The notes under the pieces were generated by a model. It searched no databases. It worked only from the letters and a program-made list of their open reading frames with translations, and was not told the origin of the DNA. A stretch of DNA of 64,000 bases. Origin: Gemmatimonadales bacterium. Its GTDB lineage: Bacteria; Gemmatimonadota; Gemmatimonadetes; Gemmatimonadales; GWC2-71-9. Within the stretch, counting starts at the first letter, position 1. Every line of letters starts with the position of its first letter. This document shows positions 1-10,847 of the stretch, one piece after another. A program made the translations under genes and the position numbers. Where the stretch lies: positions 3,456,001-3,520,000 of the forward strand of contig OZ252244.1 of NCBI GenBank assembly GCA_965249575.1, written 5' to 3'.

Positions 1-451
1 CCCCACGGTTACCCGTAGTTTGCTCTTATCGGCGAGCAGTCGCGCGGGGGTTAGTAAACTCCCGCGCCCTGGGAGAGAGCAAGCGCGGTGCCGTCTCCTC
101 GCTGCCGTTCACCGTGTTGACAGACAACGAGTTACAAGCTAGGAGGAGGCCGGTTCTGTGCGGTCCGTCACAATGGCGAATTCTCGGATTGCGGCAGTCA
201 GTGCGGTTCGCGGCTGGCCAGGATTTCGGGCGATGCCGGGAGCGGTTGGCTGAAGCCGCCGGCCTTGCGAGTCGCTCAGGGTCGGACGGGAGCCGCCAGC
301 CAAATCGGTGGGGCGATCTGTGGGCGCTATCCTCCGAGACTTGCGCCGTTGCCATGCGGCCGGGCGCTCAACTGTGCCTCGACTGGCGTGGTCCAGCGGC
401 ACGGGATACTCTCATCGCCAACTCTGCCAGGTCTGCCAGGGGGGGTCTGTC

Positions 452-2146
452 ATGTTTTTCGAGGCACGGTGTGTGGTTTCGGTCTTTGCGCGCGCAGCAC
501 CAATCGCCGCGGTGGCGCTCTGCCTTGCGGTAAGCGATCTACCGGCGCGCGCCACCCAGAACACCGAGCAGGAGATCGAGCGGGCGCTCGACGTGATCGA
601 TCCGGCCCTCGTGAAGAGTCACGTGCAATTCCTCGCGCACGACCTCCTGCGTGGCAGAGACACCGACGACGTGGGGTTCGAGGTTGCCAAGGAATACGTG
701 GCGGCGCACTTCACCCGCATCGGGCTCGAGCCGTACGACGGGACCTCCTACCTGCAGCCGTTCGATCTCCTGGAGTCCGCTGGTGACCGCGGCAGCGAGT
801 TGCGGGCGGGGGTCCTGACACTGCGGGAGCCAGAGACGCTGTTCCGCCCCGACTGGGGTGTTGGGGAGAGCCAGTGGGAAGGCGAGGGTGTCTTCGTCGG
901 TTACGGTCTTGCGACGCACGGCCGGAGCGACTATGCGGGGGTCGACGTCACCGGCCAGGCGGTCTTCATGCTGTCCGGAGCGCCCGCGACATGGGCGGAG
1001 GATTGGGATCGGTCGCGGGCCGCGGCGGCCAAGGCCGAGATCGCCCTCCGAAAGGGCGCGGCACTGGTCATCGAGCTTGCGGCTCCGGGCGTGCGTTCGA
1101 TGATCGAGGTCCGGCGGCCGCCACCCACGCGATGGCCCAATCCCCAGCGTACCATCGTGCTTGCCGACGGGACCGCGCCACGGATTCGCCCTCACGTCTC
1201 GGTGACGCAGCGAGCGGCCGCCTCGCTCCTCGGGTTGTGGGGGATCGATCCCGATGCGGCCAAGCAGGCGGCCGACGAGGGGACGAGCGTGGCGCGTGGG
1301 GTTGGCTCGGTGCGCGTGATACGCAAGCATGAGATCAAGCGAATCAGGAGCTGGAATGTGATCGGAATCGTCCGGGGGAGCGATCCCACCCTTCGTGACG
1401 AATCGATCGTGTTCACCGCACACCTGGATCACGTGGGCCTCGGACCGCCGGATCTGAGCGGTGATACGATCAACAACGGCGCGCACGACAACGCCATTGG
1501 ATCTGCCAAGCTCATGGCGGCTGCCGAAGCGATGGTTCGCCTGCGGCCCAGACGGTCGATTGTCTTTGCGGCTGTGGGAGCCGAGGAACGAGGTCTGCTG
1601 GGCTCGTGGTATTACGTGCGCAATCCGGCGCTCCCCATCGAGAAGACCGTCGCGAACATCAATCAGGACGGTGGTCGGGAAGGCGTGATAGCCGAAGACA
1701 TCATCGCCAACGCGGTCGATATCTCCGATATGTACCAGATCGTTCGGGACGTGATGGGAAAGCGGGGAGTCAGCGTCATGGCCCGGGATCGGGCCCTCAG
1801 AACGCTCGTGGGATTCTCGTCCGACCATTACCCGTTCCTGCTCGCGGGCGTTCCGGCCATCGACTTGAAGCCGGGCCACACTGTCGAGGGCGATTGGGAG
1901 ATCGGACTGCGGGACCGCCAGCGCTACATGTACGAGTGGCGCCACAAGCCAGCCGACAACTTCGATCCCGACCTCTTCACGATGGAGTCGGTGGCCGAGA
2001 TGGCCAAGCGGGCCGTTTGGCTCGCGTGGCACATCTCGGAGATGGACGGGCGACCAGAGCTGAAGGCGGACCATGCCATGTGGCGAGTGCGGGGGAGGCC
2101 AGAGCAGCCTTATTATTTCGGGCCCGAGCGGGCCTTCGACGAGTAG
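452..2146 (+). CDS. M28 family metallopeptidase with PA domain, secreted
   Basis: Motifs TAHLDHVG, NGAHDNAIGS, GAEERGLLGS, SDHYPF and HKPADN; PA-like FVGYG...DYAGVDVTG; N-terminal signal-like segment. Start moved from 308 to ATG 452. Confidence 0.9.
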   Translation: MFFEARCVVSVFARAAPIAAVALCLAVSDLPARATQNTEQEIERALDVIDPALVKSHVQFLAHDLLRGRDTDDVGFEVAKEYVAAHFTRIGLEPYDGTSYLQPFDLLESAGDRGSELRAGVLTLREPETLFRPDWGVGESQWEGEGVFVGYGLATHGRSDYAGVDVTGQAVFMLSGAPATWAEDWDRSRAAAAKAEIALRKGAALVIELAAPGVRSMIEVRRPPPTRWPNPQRTIVLADGTAPRIRPHVSVTQRAAASLLGLWGIDPDAAKQAADEGTSVARGVGSVRVIRKHEIKRIRSWNVIGIVRGSDPTLRDESIVFTAHLDHVGLGPPDLSGDTINNGAHDNAIGSAKLMAAAEAMVRLRPRRSIVFAAVGAEERGLLGSWYYVRNPALPIEKTVANINQDGGREGVIAEDIIANAVDISDMYQIVRDVMGKRGVSVMARDRALRTLVGFSSDHYPFLLAGVPAIDLKPGHTVEGDWEIGLRDRQRYMYEWRHKPADNFDPDLFTMESVAEMAKRAVWLAWHISEMDGRPELKADHAMWRVRGRPEQPYYFGPERAFDE

Positions 2147-2365
2147 CACCGGCCAGGAGCGGGGATCGCGAAAATACGGAGCGTGCGGCACACGCTAGTG
2201 TGGTGCCAGGACTGTCTTTATGGCACCGATCTTGCTTTGAGTCGAACCACCCCTGCCCGCGTCAGCCAACTTTCGTAGATTTCCGGACCGGCTCTCCACG
2301 GGTGGACTGACGGGGGCGCACCCGCTAGATATCCGGTCTTCACCAACGGGCCCGACTGAAAGACA

Positions 2366-3769
2366 ATGACCAAGACAAAGACCGCACCGGCCTCGCCTGT
2401 CGAGTCACCCACCACCCCCGCGTCGAGCGACCCCGCTCCGCCCGAAGATCTCAACCCCTACCACATCGCGCAGCAGCAGTTCGACGACGCCGCCCGGTAC
2501 CTTCCTGATCTTCGCAACGGACTTGCCCGATTCCTCAAGGAGCCGCGTCGCATGATCACGGTCCGGTTCCCCATCGAGACGGAGGACGGGACGGTGAGGA
2601 TGTTCGAGGGGTTTCGGGTGCTGCACAATCCGGCCCGGGGGCCGGGCAAGGGAGGCATTCGGTACCATCCCGACGTGACCGCCGATGAGGTACGCGCTCT
2701 CGCCTCTTGGATGACCTGGAAGTGTGCAATCGTCGACGTACCGTTCGGCGGTGCCAAGGGAGGTGTGGTCTGTAATCCGAAGGAGCTCGCCCCGGCGGAC
2801 GTGCGCAAGATCACGCGCCGGTTCATCGCGGAGCTCGGGGACAACATCGGCCCGCACACCGACATTCCGGCACCCGACGTCAATACCAACGCCGGCACCA
2901 TGGCACGCATCTACGACACGTACTCGATGATGCACCGGGGGGAGAATAACCTCCCCGTGGTCACCGGGAAGCCCCTGGATTTGGGTGGGTCGCTCGGGCG
3001 TCGTGAGGCTACCGCCCGCGGCTGCCTGTTCGCGACGCAGCGCGCCCTCGCAAGGGGCGTCGTCCCGGGCATGGAGTCGGTCAAGGGAGCTACCGTCGTG
3101 ATCCAGGGGTTCGGAAACGCGGGGTCGATTGCTGCCGAGCTGTTCACAGAAGCTGGTGCGCGAGTTGTGGCCGTGAGTGACTCGCGTGGCGGGATCTACC
3201 GCCCCGAGGGACTGAACCCGGCCGCGGTCATCGAGCACAAGCAGGCGACGGGGTCGGTGGACGGCTTTTCGGGCGCCAAGTCCGTGACGAACGCGGAGCT
3301 GGTGACGTTGCCTTGTGATATTCTCATCCCCGCGGCCTTGGAGAACGAAATCCGCGCGGACAACGCGGCTGACGTCAGCACCCGTATTGTCGTCGAGGCT
3401 GCCAACGGCCCGACGACGCCCGCTGGCGATCGAATCCTCCGCGACCGCGGTATTCCAATGCTGCCAGACATCTTGGCGAACGGCGGCGGCGTGGTGGTGA
3501 GTTACTTCGAGTGGGTACAGAATCTCGAGATCGAGCAGTGGGATCTGAACGAGGTGAACCAGAAGCTCCTCGGCAAGATGGATCGCGCCACCGATGCGGT
3601 CATCGATACCCAACGAACGGTCAATGACTCGCTGCGGGAGATCGAGGCCGAGCACGGTGAACGGGGCGTAGAGACCGCGCTCGATCCGGTAGACTTGCGC
3701 ACAGCCGCGTACATTCTGGCCATCAAGCGAGTGGCTCGAGTCACGCTTGAGCGCGGGATTTGGCCGTAG
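2366..3769 (+). CDS. gdhA: Glu/Leu/Phe/Val dehydrogenase (glutamate dehydrogenase)
   Basis: GPGKGGIRYHP, PFGGAKGG, DIPAPDVNT, Rossmann QGFGNAG, EAANGP and ANGGGVVVSYFEW. Confidence 0.93.
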   Translation: MTKTKTAPASPVESPTTPASSDPAPPEDLNPYHIAQQQFDDAARYLPDLRNGLARFLKEPRRMITVRFPIETEDGTVRMFEGFRVLHNPARGPGKGGIRYHPDVTADEVRALASWMTWKCAIVDVPFGGAKGGVVCNPKELAPADVRKITRRFIAELGDNIGPHTDIPAPDVNTNAGTMARIYDTYSMMHRGENNLPVVTGKPLDLGGSLGRREATARGCLFATQRALARGVVPGMESVKGATVVIQGFGNAGSIAAELFTEAGARVVAVSDSRGGIYRPEGLNPAAVIEHKQATGSVDGFSGAKSVTNAELVTLPCDILIPAALENEIRADNAADVSTRIVVEAANGPTTPAGDRILRDRGIPMLPDILANGGGVVVSYFEWVQNLEIEQWDLNEVNQKLLGKMDRATDAVIDTQRTVNDSLREIEAEHGERGVETALDPVDLRTAAYILAIKRVARVTLERGIWP

Positions 3770-3810
3770 AGCCGGTTCCGGGCTTGTACGACGGCATCGT
3801 CTCAGACGCG

Positions 3811-3850
3811 GAACGGCCTGGGGGGCAGCGTGAAACCCCCGGGCCGGTTC
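3811..3850. terminator. GC-rich hairpin between convergent genes, possible bidirectional terminator
   Basis: GAACGGCCTGGGGG ... CCCCCGGGCCGGTTC; no clear U-tract. Confidence 0.4.
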
Positions 3851-3878
3851 TCTATGCCGTACGCTCGATCTCGGGTCT

Positions 3879-5462
3879 TCAGTTTTTTCGCCTGAACTCC
3901 ACCTCATCCGCAACGATGGTGAGGGGTGCGGTGGCTTCCACAACCCCTTTACCCTTCGATTCGACCGCGAGTCCCGCATCGATGTCGTCGGCGACGGCGT
4001 TGAGGGAGGACAGCGCATCGCTTCCGCCCGACTCCTTGATCTCGGTTCCGACGACGAGGCGCACGACGGTGGCGTTGGCCAGGGTGAAGGATCCCGTCGG
4101 GACGTCCACGGTCGCGACGAAGTTCTCGAACTCACCGGCCTTCGTGAGGTCGTCCTCGTCATCGTCGTCGTCCTCGCCATCGTCCTCGTCCTCGTCGACT
4201 TCGAACTTCACCCGCACCGCGGCAATGGTCAGCGAATCGGCGGGGTCGACTTGCCCTCTCCCTTCGGTACGGACCGTCGTACCACCCGCGATCGCGTCGG
4301 CTACTTCGCCCAGGGTGACCAGGTCGCCGTCCGGGTTGATGAACTGATTCCGTGACACGGTAACGGTCGTGCCGTCGGTCAGGGTGAACGATCCGGCCGC
4401 CTCGTCGACCGAGCGCACCTCACCCTCGAACTCGTCGGTCCCGGGTACGTCGTCATCGTCGTCCTCGATCTCGAATTCGATCTCGATGGCGACGATAGTC
4501 AGCGGATCCTTGATCTCGACGACGCCCTTCCCATCGGCCTCGACGATTCCACCAGCGTCCAACACGGTGGCTACCTCCGCCAGTGAAGTCAGTTGGTCAT
4601 CCTCTCCGGACTCCCCTTCCACGTCGGTTCCGTCCACGAGGCGCACCACGGCGCCATTATTGAGAATGAGCGATTCGTCCAAGAGGTCTACTGAGCGCAC
4701 GATACCCTCGAACTCCACCTCTCCCAGAATGTCGTCCAGCTCATCCTCCAGCTCTGTCTCACCCTCGCCGATCCGGAGCTCGATCTCGAGACCCAGTACG
4801 GCGATCCGTCCATCGGGGGATTGGGGATCGTTGAGTTCACGGGGAAGGAAGTTGTCCTCGTCGATGTTGATCTCGGTCTCGGGCTCGTCCGCTTCGTCGT
4901 CCAGCTTGAGCTCGGTCGCATGGAAAGTGGACACGTCTGGGTCCTGTGGCTGTGCCGGTGGAGGGCGTTTCGCCTCGATTGCTGGGAGAGTGCCCACACT
5001 CAAGGCTGCCCGAACCCGATCGACGAATTCGTCGAAGGTCAGATGGTCGCTGTCCTCCGAGCGGAACCGCGCCCCGTCATCGAATGCGACCTCCAATCCT
5101 CCAAGCTCGAGAACGAGCGTTCCTAGTCCTCCAGCGGCATCGATGTCGGTAACGCGGCTCTCGATCTCCTCCTCGTCGTCGATCTCGTCATCCGACTTGA
5201 CCTCGACTTCTCGGGCCACGAGGCTTCCCCGGCGGAGCTCGATCTCGACGCGCACCGGTCCCGTGCCGAGGATCTCCTCGAGCTCTGGAGGGGTGATGCT
5301 CCGGGAGAAGGGAAGCCCTTGGAGGGCCGCATTCGAGTCATCCGTGCCAGCAGCCGGACCCGAGGCCGTGGCGAGCGGATCCTCGCAGGCCGTGCTGGTT
5401 AGGGCTAGTGCAAGAACGCTCAACATGAGCGAGAGCGGTGTTGGACGTATCACATTGAACAT
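3879..5462 (-). CDS. Acidic lipoprotein with 3 DUF5666-like repeats; paralog of 50559-52949
   Basis: GGAGG RBS before ATG 5462; lipobox LTSTAC; three EFE(G/N)xVxxVD...G/ATVV repeats; poly-D/E linkers. Confidence 0.8.
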   Translation of the reverse strand: MFNVIRPTPLSLMLSVLALALTSTACEDPLATASGPAAGTDDSNAALQGLPFSRSITPPELEEILGTGPVRVEIELRRGSLVAREVEVKSDDEIDDEEEIESRVTDIDAAGGLGTLVLELGGLEVAFDDGARFRSEDSDHLTFDEFVDRVRAALSVGTLPAIEAKRPPPAQPQDPDVSTFHATELKLDDEADEPETEINIDEDNFLPRELNDPQSPDGRIAVLGLEIELRIGEGETELEDELDDILGEVEFEGIVRSVDLLDESLILNNGAVVRLVDGTDVEGESGEDDQLTSLAEVATVLDAGGIVEADGKGVVEIKDPLTIVAIEIEFEIEDDDDDVPGTDEFEGEVRSVDEAAGSFTLTDGTTVTVSRNQFINPDGDLVTLGEVADAIAGGTTVRTEGRGQVDPADSLTIAAVRVKFEVDEDEDDGEDDDDDEDDLTKAGEFENFVATVDVPTGSFTLANATVVRLVVGTEIKESGGSDALSSLNAVADDIDAGLAVESKGKGVVEATAPLTIVADEVEFRRKN

Positions 5463-5660
5463 CGGGATGACCTCCATGTTTTCCGTAGGGATTGTTCGCC
5501 AACGCCACATGCCAGGCGTTGCGACTACGCTACGGAGGGGGCAAGGAGCATTCCCGCCCAGGGGGACGCACAAGTCGTTGTGAGAAATCAGGTTAAGCGG
5601 CTGCTGCCAGGCGAGTCGTGTATTGGTCTAGAACAGCGTGTTACGAAACGAGGCACCACA

Positions 5661-7165
5661 TCAGCCCAGGTTGGCCAGCCAGAGGGTCACGAACAGCCCG
5701 TAAAACAGCGCAACCGACGCGAGTCTCAACCGGCGCCAGAGGGGCGGACGCAACTCAACAGGAAGTAGCCGTGTGTTCACGTAGAGCAGGTGGAGAGAGG
5801 CCACGATGAACACGATCCCGGCCATGTTGGCGCCGAGCTGGGGAGGAGAATAATAGGTTGGGTGAGCCGGAGCGCGATGATTCCCCAGATCACGACCACG
5901 GCCAGCACCGCGTAGTAGACCACGCGCACGTCTGCGCCCCGCGCGGCGCGGATACGGCCGCTGCCGGTCCACAGAATGTCGTTTATGGCCCTGGTCAGCC
6001 CGTCCAGAATGTCGAGCTGGGTGTTAAAGAGGATCCATCCACCGAGGAAGGCGACGAAGAGCCCGAGGAGTGGGCCGCTGCCCCGGCCGAGTGCCTCGGC
6101 AAGCGCGGCTGCCACACCGAGGCCTCGAATCTCGGTTCCGGTCGGAATGTACGTGACGTACAGGAGGGCCGGGAACACAATGCCCAGCACGGCGCCAGTG
6201 AAGTAGATCCCCCACTGATCCACGCGCACGATGCGCCACCACCCGCGCCACCGTTCCATCGAGGTCCGATCCGGAATGAACTTGTATCCGGTGTGGGCCA
6301 GGCGTACGGGTTTCCCACCCACGGCCGCCGGGATGTATCCCACCACGCCGGCCATCCCATATCCCTTGTCCCGGGCCCAGTTCGATAAGGTCACGTTGAT
6401 CATGCCCCCAGCTCCCGAGTACGCGGCAAATGCACCGAGGAGGAAGAAATCGGCTCCCGGCGGCAGGAAGGTGAACCCACCGGTGCGCGGGTCGAATCCG
6501 ACAAAGCCCGCTGCGGCCGCGACCCACGTGGCTGGAGACACGAGCCAAAGGGCGAGGGCGAGGGACCCACCGAGTATGAATACGACGAGTATCCCGTTGA
6601 GGATCTCGAGCGTGCGCTCGATGCGTCGTCCGAACAGGGAGGATCGTGACGCAGGCGAGGAACGTCTCGATCCCGATGAAGTACACGATGTTCGCTTCGG
6701 TGGGACCTGCCAACTTGCCGGCGAACAAAAAGAAGATGGCTCCGGCAGCCGCACCGGCCCATCCGGGCCATCCGACCTGAAGGAAGTAGAGCAGCGCGTA
6801 GGTCCAGGCCCAGAAGGTCGCGTTGGGACGATCCGCATGAATCCTGTGAACGCGGGCTCGCCTGTTGCCAGTGTATAGCGCATGAGCTCGGTGTTGAACA
6901 CGGTCTGCAGAAATGCGGCGATACCGGTGACCCAAAGCAGCGTCAGGCCATATTTGACGAACTCCGCGGGTCCGAGCAGAAACTCGCCGCTACCGATAGA
7001 GGCACCGAGGACGATCACTCCCGGGCCAAGCGTCCCGATCCAACTCAGCCCCCGCGGGCTTGGCGGTACCGGAAGCTCTCTGGTCTTCCAGGCGTCGAGG
7101 CCGGACTGAGCCTCGCGTGGCACGATGGTCGGTTGCGCAGCCGTGCTGGATTCCGCCAACGCCAT
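5661..7165 (-). pseudogene. Nramp-like membrane transporter interrupted by three frameshifts (pseudogene or assembly error)
   Basis: GPGVIVLGASIGSGEFLLGP and YTLATGE; the hydrophobic reading continues across frame switches at about 6830, 6640 and 5845, two of them in C-runs. Confidence 0.75.
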
Positions 7166-7356
7166 TACCGCCTTTCGCGTCGCGACGAAAGTAGGCCCGG
7201 TGCCCTCGCTCGGCTAGAACGTGTGCGTCGTGTCATTCCCCAACAGCGCCTAGCGCGGGCTTCAGCCCGCGAACACATAGAATGCCCCCCTTCGCCAGAA
7301 CCGTAAGATCTGATTATGGCGGGCTGAACCGACCGCGCTGCGCTATCTTCTCCGGC

Positions 7357-8172
7357 ATGTCGACACCCTCCGCGCCATCGGCGCACCCCACAGTCGCCCT
7401 ATTCGTCACCTGCATGGTCGATACGATGTACCCGCGGGTGGGAATCGCCGCGGTCGAGGTGCTCGAACGGCACGGGGTGGATGTTGTCTTTCCGGAAGAG
7501 CAAACGTGCTGCGGGCAGCCGGCATTCAACGATGGTTACCGCGATGCTGCCTGCCAGCTCGCGCGGCGATTCATCGATGTATTCTGGCCGTTGCTGGACT
7601 CCGGAGCGATCCAGGCGATCGTCGCGCCGAGCGGGAGCTGCGTGGCGATGGTAAAGCGGTTCGCTCGGCTTCTCGAAGATGAGCCGGCAGGCCCCGAGTT
7701 TGCCCATCGGGCGGCAAGCGTGAGCCGCCACACGCACGAGTTGACGCAGTTCCTGGTCGACGTCCTCGGTGTGACCGATCCTAACGTCTCCTGCACGGGC
7801 CGACTCACATACCATCCGTGCTGCCATCTCTTGCGGGAACTCGGGGTGGACGCCCAGCCCCGCGGTCTCCTGGCTCGCGTCCGAGACGCTGAGGTAGTCG
7901 ATCTCCCGTCGGCGGACGACTGCTGTGGCTTCGGGGGGGTCTTTGCCCTCAACAATGCGGCGATCAGCACCGTGATGGGCCGCCGCAAGGTGCGGAACAT
8001 CGAGGCCAGCGGTGCGGACATCACGGCGGTGAGCGACGTGAGCTGCATGACGCACCTGAACGGCCTGTTGGCGCGCGAGGGACGTGCGTGCCGTGCGGTT
8101 CATGTCGCGGAGATCCTCAATGGCTCGACGGGAGCCAACGTCGCCGATGCCGTGGCGGAAAATGATCGTTGA
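7357..8172 (+). CDS. lutA: Lactate utilization Fe-S protein A (CCG domains)
   Basis: LFVTCMVD, QTCCGQP, SGSC, YHPCCH, CCGFGG and DVSCMTH; first gene of a lutABC-type trio. Confidence 0.88.
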   Translation: MSTPSAPSAHPTVALFVTCMVDTMYPRVGIAAVEVLERHGVDVVFPEEQTCCGQPAFNDGYRDAACQLARRFIDVFWPLLDSGAIQAIVAPSGSCVAMVKRFARLLEDEPAGPEFAHRAASVSRHTHELTQFLVDVLGVTDPNVSCTGRLTYHPCCHLLRELGVDAQPRGLLARVRDAEVVDLPSADDCCGFGGVFALNNAAISTVMGRRKVRNIEASGADITAVSDVSCMTHLNGLLAREGRACRAVHVAEILNGSTGANVADAVAENDR

Positions 8173-9601
8173 TCCGAGCGCGCCGTATCCAACTCGGGTA
8201 CGGCAGGCTCTGAGCGATAGCGGTTTGCGGACCGCACTCGATCGAGCGACCGCCCGGCTCGGGGGGCAGCGTGCACGCGCGATGGCGGCCGTCGACGGCC
8301 CGCGCTTGCGCGATGCGGCGCGCGCCGCTCGGGAGCGGGCCATAACCCAACTGCCTGACCTGTTGGAACGGCTCGAGCGCAAACTGCTCGGCAACGGATG
8401 TGTGGTTCACTGCGCCGCGGATGCCGATGAGGCGTCGGACGTGATCTGCTCGATCGCGCGGGGGACAGGAGCGCGGCTCGCAGTGAAATCCAAATCGATG
8501 GTGACCGAAGAGATCGGGCTCAACGGGGCGCTCGAACGCGCGGGAGTCCAGGTCGTGGAAACCGACCTCGGCGAGTACATCATCCAGCTCGCCAACGAGC
8601 CGCCGAGTCATATCATCGCGCCGGTCATCCACAAACGGGTCGAGGATGTGAGCGCTTTGTTCCAGCGTGAGTTGGGGATGGCGCCGACCACCGACCCCGC
8701 CGCCATGTGTGCTACCGCCCGCGCCGAACTGCGCGACCGGTTTCTGAAGGCTGACCTCGGTATCAGCGGCTGCAACTTCGCGATCGCGGAAACCGGGACC
8801 GTGTGCATCGTGACGAATGAGGGGAACGGCCGCATGGTGACGAGCATGCCGCCAGTGTACGTCGCGGTCATGGGGATCGAAAAAGTCGTCGCGACGGTCG
8901 AAGACGCGGTGCTCTTGTGGCAGGCGGCATCGCGGAGCGCGACCGGCCAGGACGTGTCCGTCTACTTCAGTATGAGCAGCGGTCCCAGGCGCGCGGGCCA
9001 CGCAGACGGCCCGAAGGAGATGCACGTCGTATTGCTCGACAGCGGACGCTCGCGTGTCCTGGAGCGTGGCTACGCCGAGGCGCTCCTTTGCATTCGATGC
9101 GGTGCGTGCCTCAATGCGTGCCCGGTGTATCGAGAAATCGGCGGGCACGCTTACGGGGAAACGGCGTATAACGGCCCCATCGGTGCCGTGATCACACCGC
9201 TCCTGTCACGCGATGTCTCGAAGGCCAAAGCGCTTCCATTCGCCAGCACGCTGTGCGGCGCTTGCCGGGACGTGTGTCCAGTCAAGATCGATTTGCCGCA
9301 GCTGCTACTGGATCTGCGAAGGGACGTGGTGGAGCAGGGAACGGATTCCGCGGTCGAGCGGCTGGCGATCCGAGGCTTCGCCCGCGCGATGGGACGACTG
9401 AGTCGCTACCGGCGCGCGACACGCCTGGCCCGGGTCGTGACCAGGATCCTTGGACGGGCCGGACGTTCCTCGCTGGCCTGGTTGCCCCCACCGCTCGGCG
9501 CCTGGACGCGCACGCGGGATTTTCCGGCGTTTCCTGCACGGAGCTTTCGGGACGTCTGGCGCGACCGGTCGGCCCGGAAGCGGGATGGCTCCGCTCAGTG
9601 A
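8162..9601 (+). CDS. lutB: Lactate utilization Fe-S protein B
   Basis: KSKSMVTEEI, ETDLGEYIIQL, TNEGNG, CIRCGACLNACP and STLCGACRDVCPVKI. Confidence 0.92.
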   Translation: MIVDPSAPYPTRVRQALSDSGLRTALDRATARLGGQRARAMAAVDGPRLRDAARAARERAITQLPDLLERLERKLLGNGCVVHCAADADEASDVICSIARGTGARLAVKSKSMVTEEIGLNGALERAGVQVVETDLGEYIIQLANEPPSHIIAPVIHKRVEDVSALFQRELGMAPTTDPAAMCATARAELRDRFLKADLGISGCNFAIAETGTVCIVTNEGNGRMVTSMPPVYVAVMGIEKVVATVEDAVLLWQAASRSATGQDVSVYFSMSSGPRRAGHADGPKEMHVVLLDSGRSRVLERGYAEALLCIRCGACLNACPVYREIGGHAYGETAYNGPIGAVITPLLSRDVSKAKALPFASTLCGACRDVCPVKIDLPQLLLDLRRDVVEQGTDSAVERLAIRGFARAMGRLSRYRRATRLARVVTRILGRAGRSSLAWLPPPLGAWTRTRDFPAFPARSFRDVWRDRSARKRDGSAQ

Positions 9602-10356
9602 ACCACGCATCCGCCGCCGCGCGAGATCGAATCCTCGGGTCGCTGCGGCGGTCGCTTGCCTCCCCACCGTTTCACCGGGCGGGAGGTGGGGAATCGGTCG
9701 CGAACGAACCGGTCACTCGGGCCGAAGGGAACGTCCTCTCGCTTGCCAGGCACTTCGGGATGAAGCTCGAGGCCGTGCTCGGCAGCCACGAAATCGTCGA
9801 TCGGTCGTCCGAGGTCAACGGGGCCGTCCTGCGCCGGATCGATGCGTGGCGTAAGGCCCATACTGCAGATGAGAGCCAGGAGGCCGATCTTGCCTTCGGC
9901 GAGGTGCTGAGTTGGAGTCCACGGGAACTTCCGGTTCACGGACTAGAGGCAGCCCTCCGCGCGGCCGGTCTGTCGCTCCTGGTACCCGACGACCTGCACC
10001 AGTCTGGAACCAGGGAGCGCGCGGCGGGCGTAGCTGTCGGAATCACGGGGGTCGATGCTGCCTTTGCCAGCACGGGATCGGCGCTGCTCGTGTCAGGAGC
10101 CCACAAGAGCCGGGCTGCCGCCATCCTGCCGCTCTACCACTTGGTGTTGGTGCCGTTCAGCCGTATTTATCCCACGTTCGAGGGGTGGCTCGAGACGATG
10201 CGGAGCGCTGGGCGGTTGGAAGCGTTGGTGAGAGAGTCGTCTCACATAACGTTCCTCACCGGCCCCAGCAAATCGGCGGACATCGAGCTCAACCTCACTC
10301 TTGGTGTCCACGGCCCCCGAGCGGTGCATGCCGTCCTCTTCGATGACCGAACCTGA
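9598..10356 (+). CDS. lutC: Lactate utilization protein C (LUD domain)
   Basis: GITGVDAAFASTGS and TGPSKSADIELNLTLGVHGP; GTG start overlaps the lutB stop. Confidence 0.88.
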   Translation: MNHASAAARDRILGSLRRSLASPPFHRAGGGESVANEPVTRAEGNVLSLARHFGMKLEAVLGSHEIVDRSSEVNGAVLRRIDAWRKAHTADESQEADLAFGEVLSWSPRELPVHGLEAALRAAGLSLLVPDDLHQSGTRERAAGVAVGITGVDAAFASTGSALLVSGAHKSRAAAILPLYHLVLVPFSRIYPTFEGWLETMRSAGRLEALVRESSHITFLTGPSKSADIELNLTLGVHGPRAVHAVLFDDRT

Positions 10357-10382
10357 GGGAATCCCACCCCCACAGCTATCTG

Positions 10383-10442
10383 CCCCCCCTGCCCCTGCCC
10401 CTACCCCCTTATCCCCTTCCCCCTACCTCCTACTCCCTACTC
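10383..10442. repeat. Degenerate ~7-bp tandem repeat (CCCCTRC-like), G-rich on the minus strand
   Basis: CCCCTGC CCCTGC CCCTACC CCCTTATC CCCTTCC CCCTACC TCCTACT CCCTACT. Confidence 0.7.
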
Positions 10443-10540
10443 AACCTCACCGTCCACACGTCGCTCTCGCGACTTCCGACGGTAAAGTAGAAGCTCCGTC
10501 CGTCGGTGGTGAAGTTCGATCGGGTGGACTGTCTGGTCGC
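10430..10540 (-). pseudogene. C-terminal remnant of a TolB/PD40 beta-propeller protein (kinase-propeller type)
   Basis: RQSTRSNFTTDGRSFYFTVGSRESDVWTVRLSRE-stop resembles propeller C-termini; no matching upstream gene body. Confidence 0.5.
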
Positions 10541-10779
10541 TGCACGGCCGTCTCCCCGGCCGTCCATCCCGAATCTCCCGAGCTCCAAGAGAACCCCGGT
10601 TGGGCCTTTTGAGAATAGCTGGGCGTCGCCGCTGGCGCCCGTCGGGGGGACGGTGGTGCGATGGTGGGGATGTTGATCCCGACGCTCCGGGTTCGTGGGG
10701 GACGACGCACGGAAATAAGCCAACGAAGGGCCACCGAGAGTTTTCTCGGGGGCCTCCTTTTTGGGTGCCCCGCACGTTC

Positions 10780-10807
10780 GAAACTCCAGCAGGTCGGAGC
10801 CCGTATC
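10780..10807 (+). promoter_or_regulatory. Candidate ECF sigma-factor promoter
   Basis: GAAAC-N17-CGTA about 40 bp upstream of the adaptor ATG; SigW-type consensus is TGAAAC-N16-CGTA. Confidence 0.3.
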
Positions 10808-10847
10808 CCTGGTAGCACCCTTCACAACAACTCCGGCGGGGCATGCC

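Noticed and set aside
539..4180. Long antisense ORFs (539-2191, 2405-4180, and similar ones such as 4369-5583 and 39503-41068)
   Set aside because: They shadow clear genes on the opposite strand, which is expected with GC-rich codon usage, and contain no recognisable motifs.
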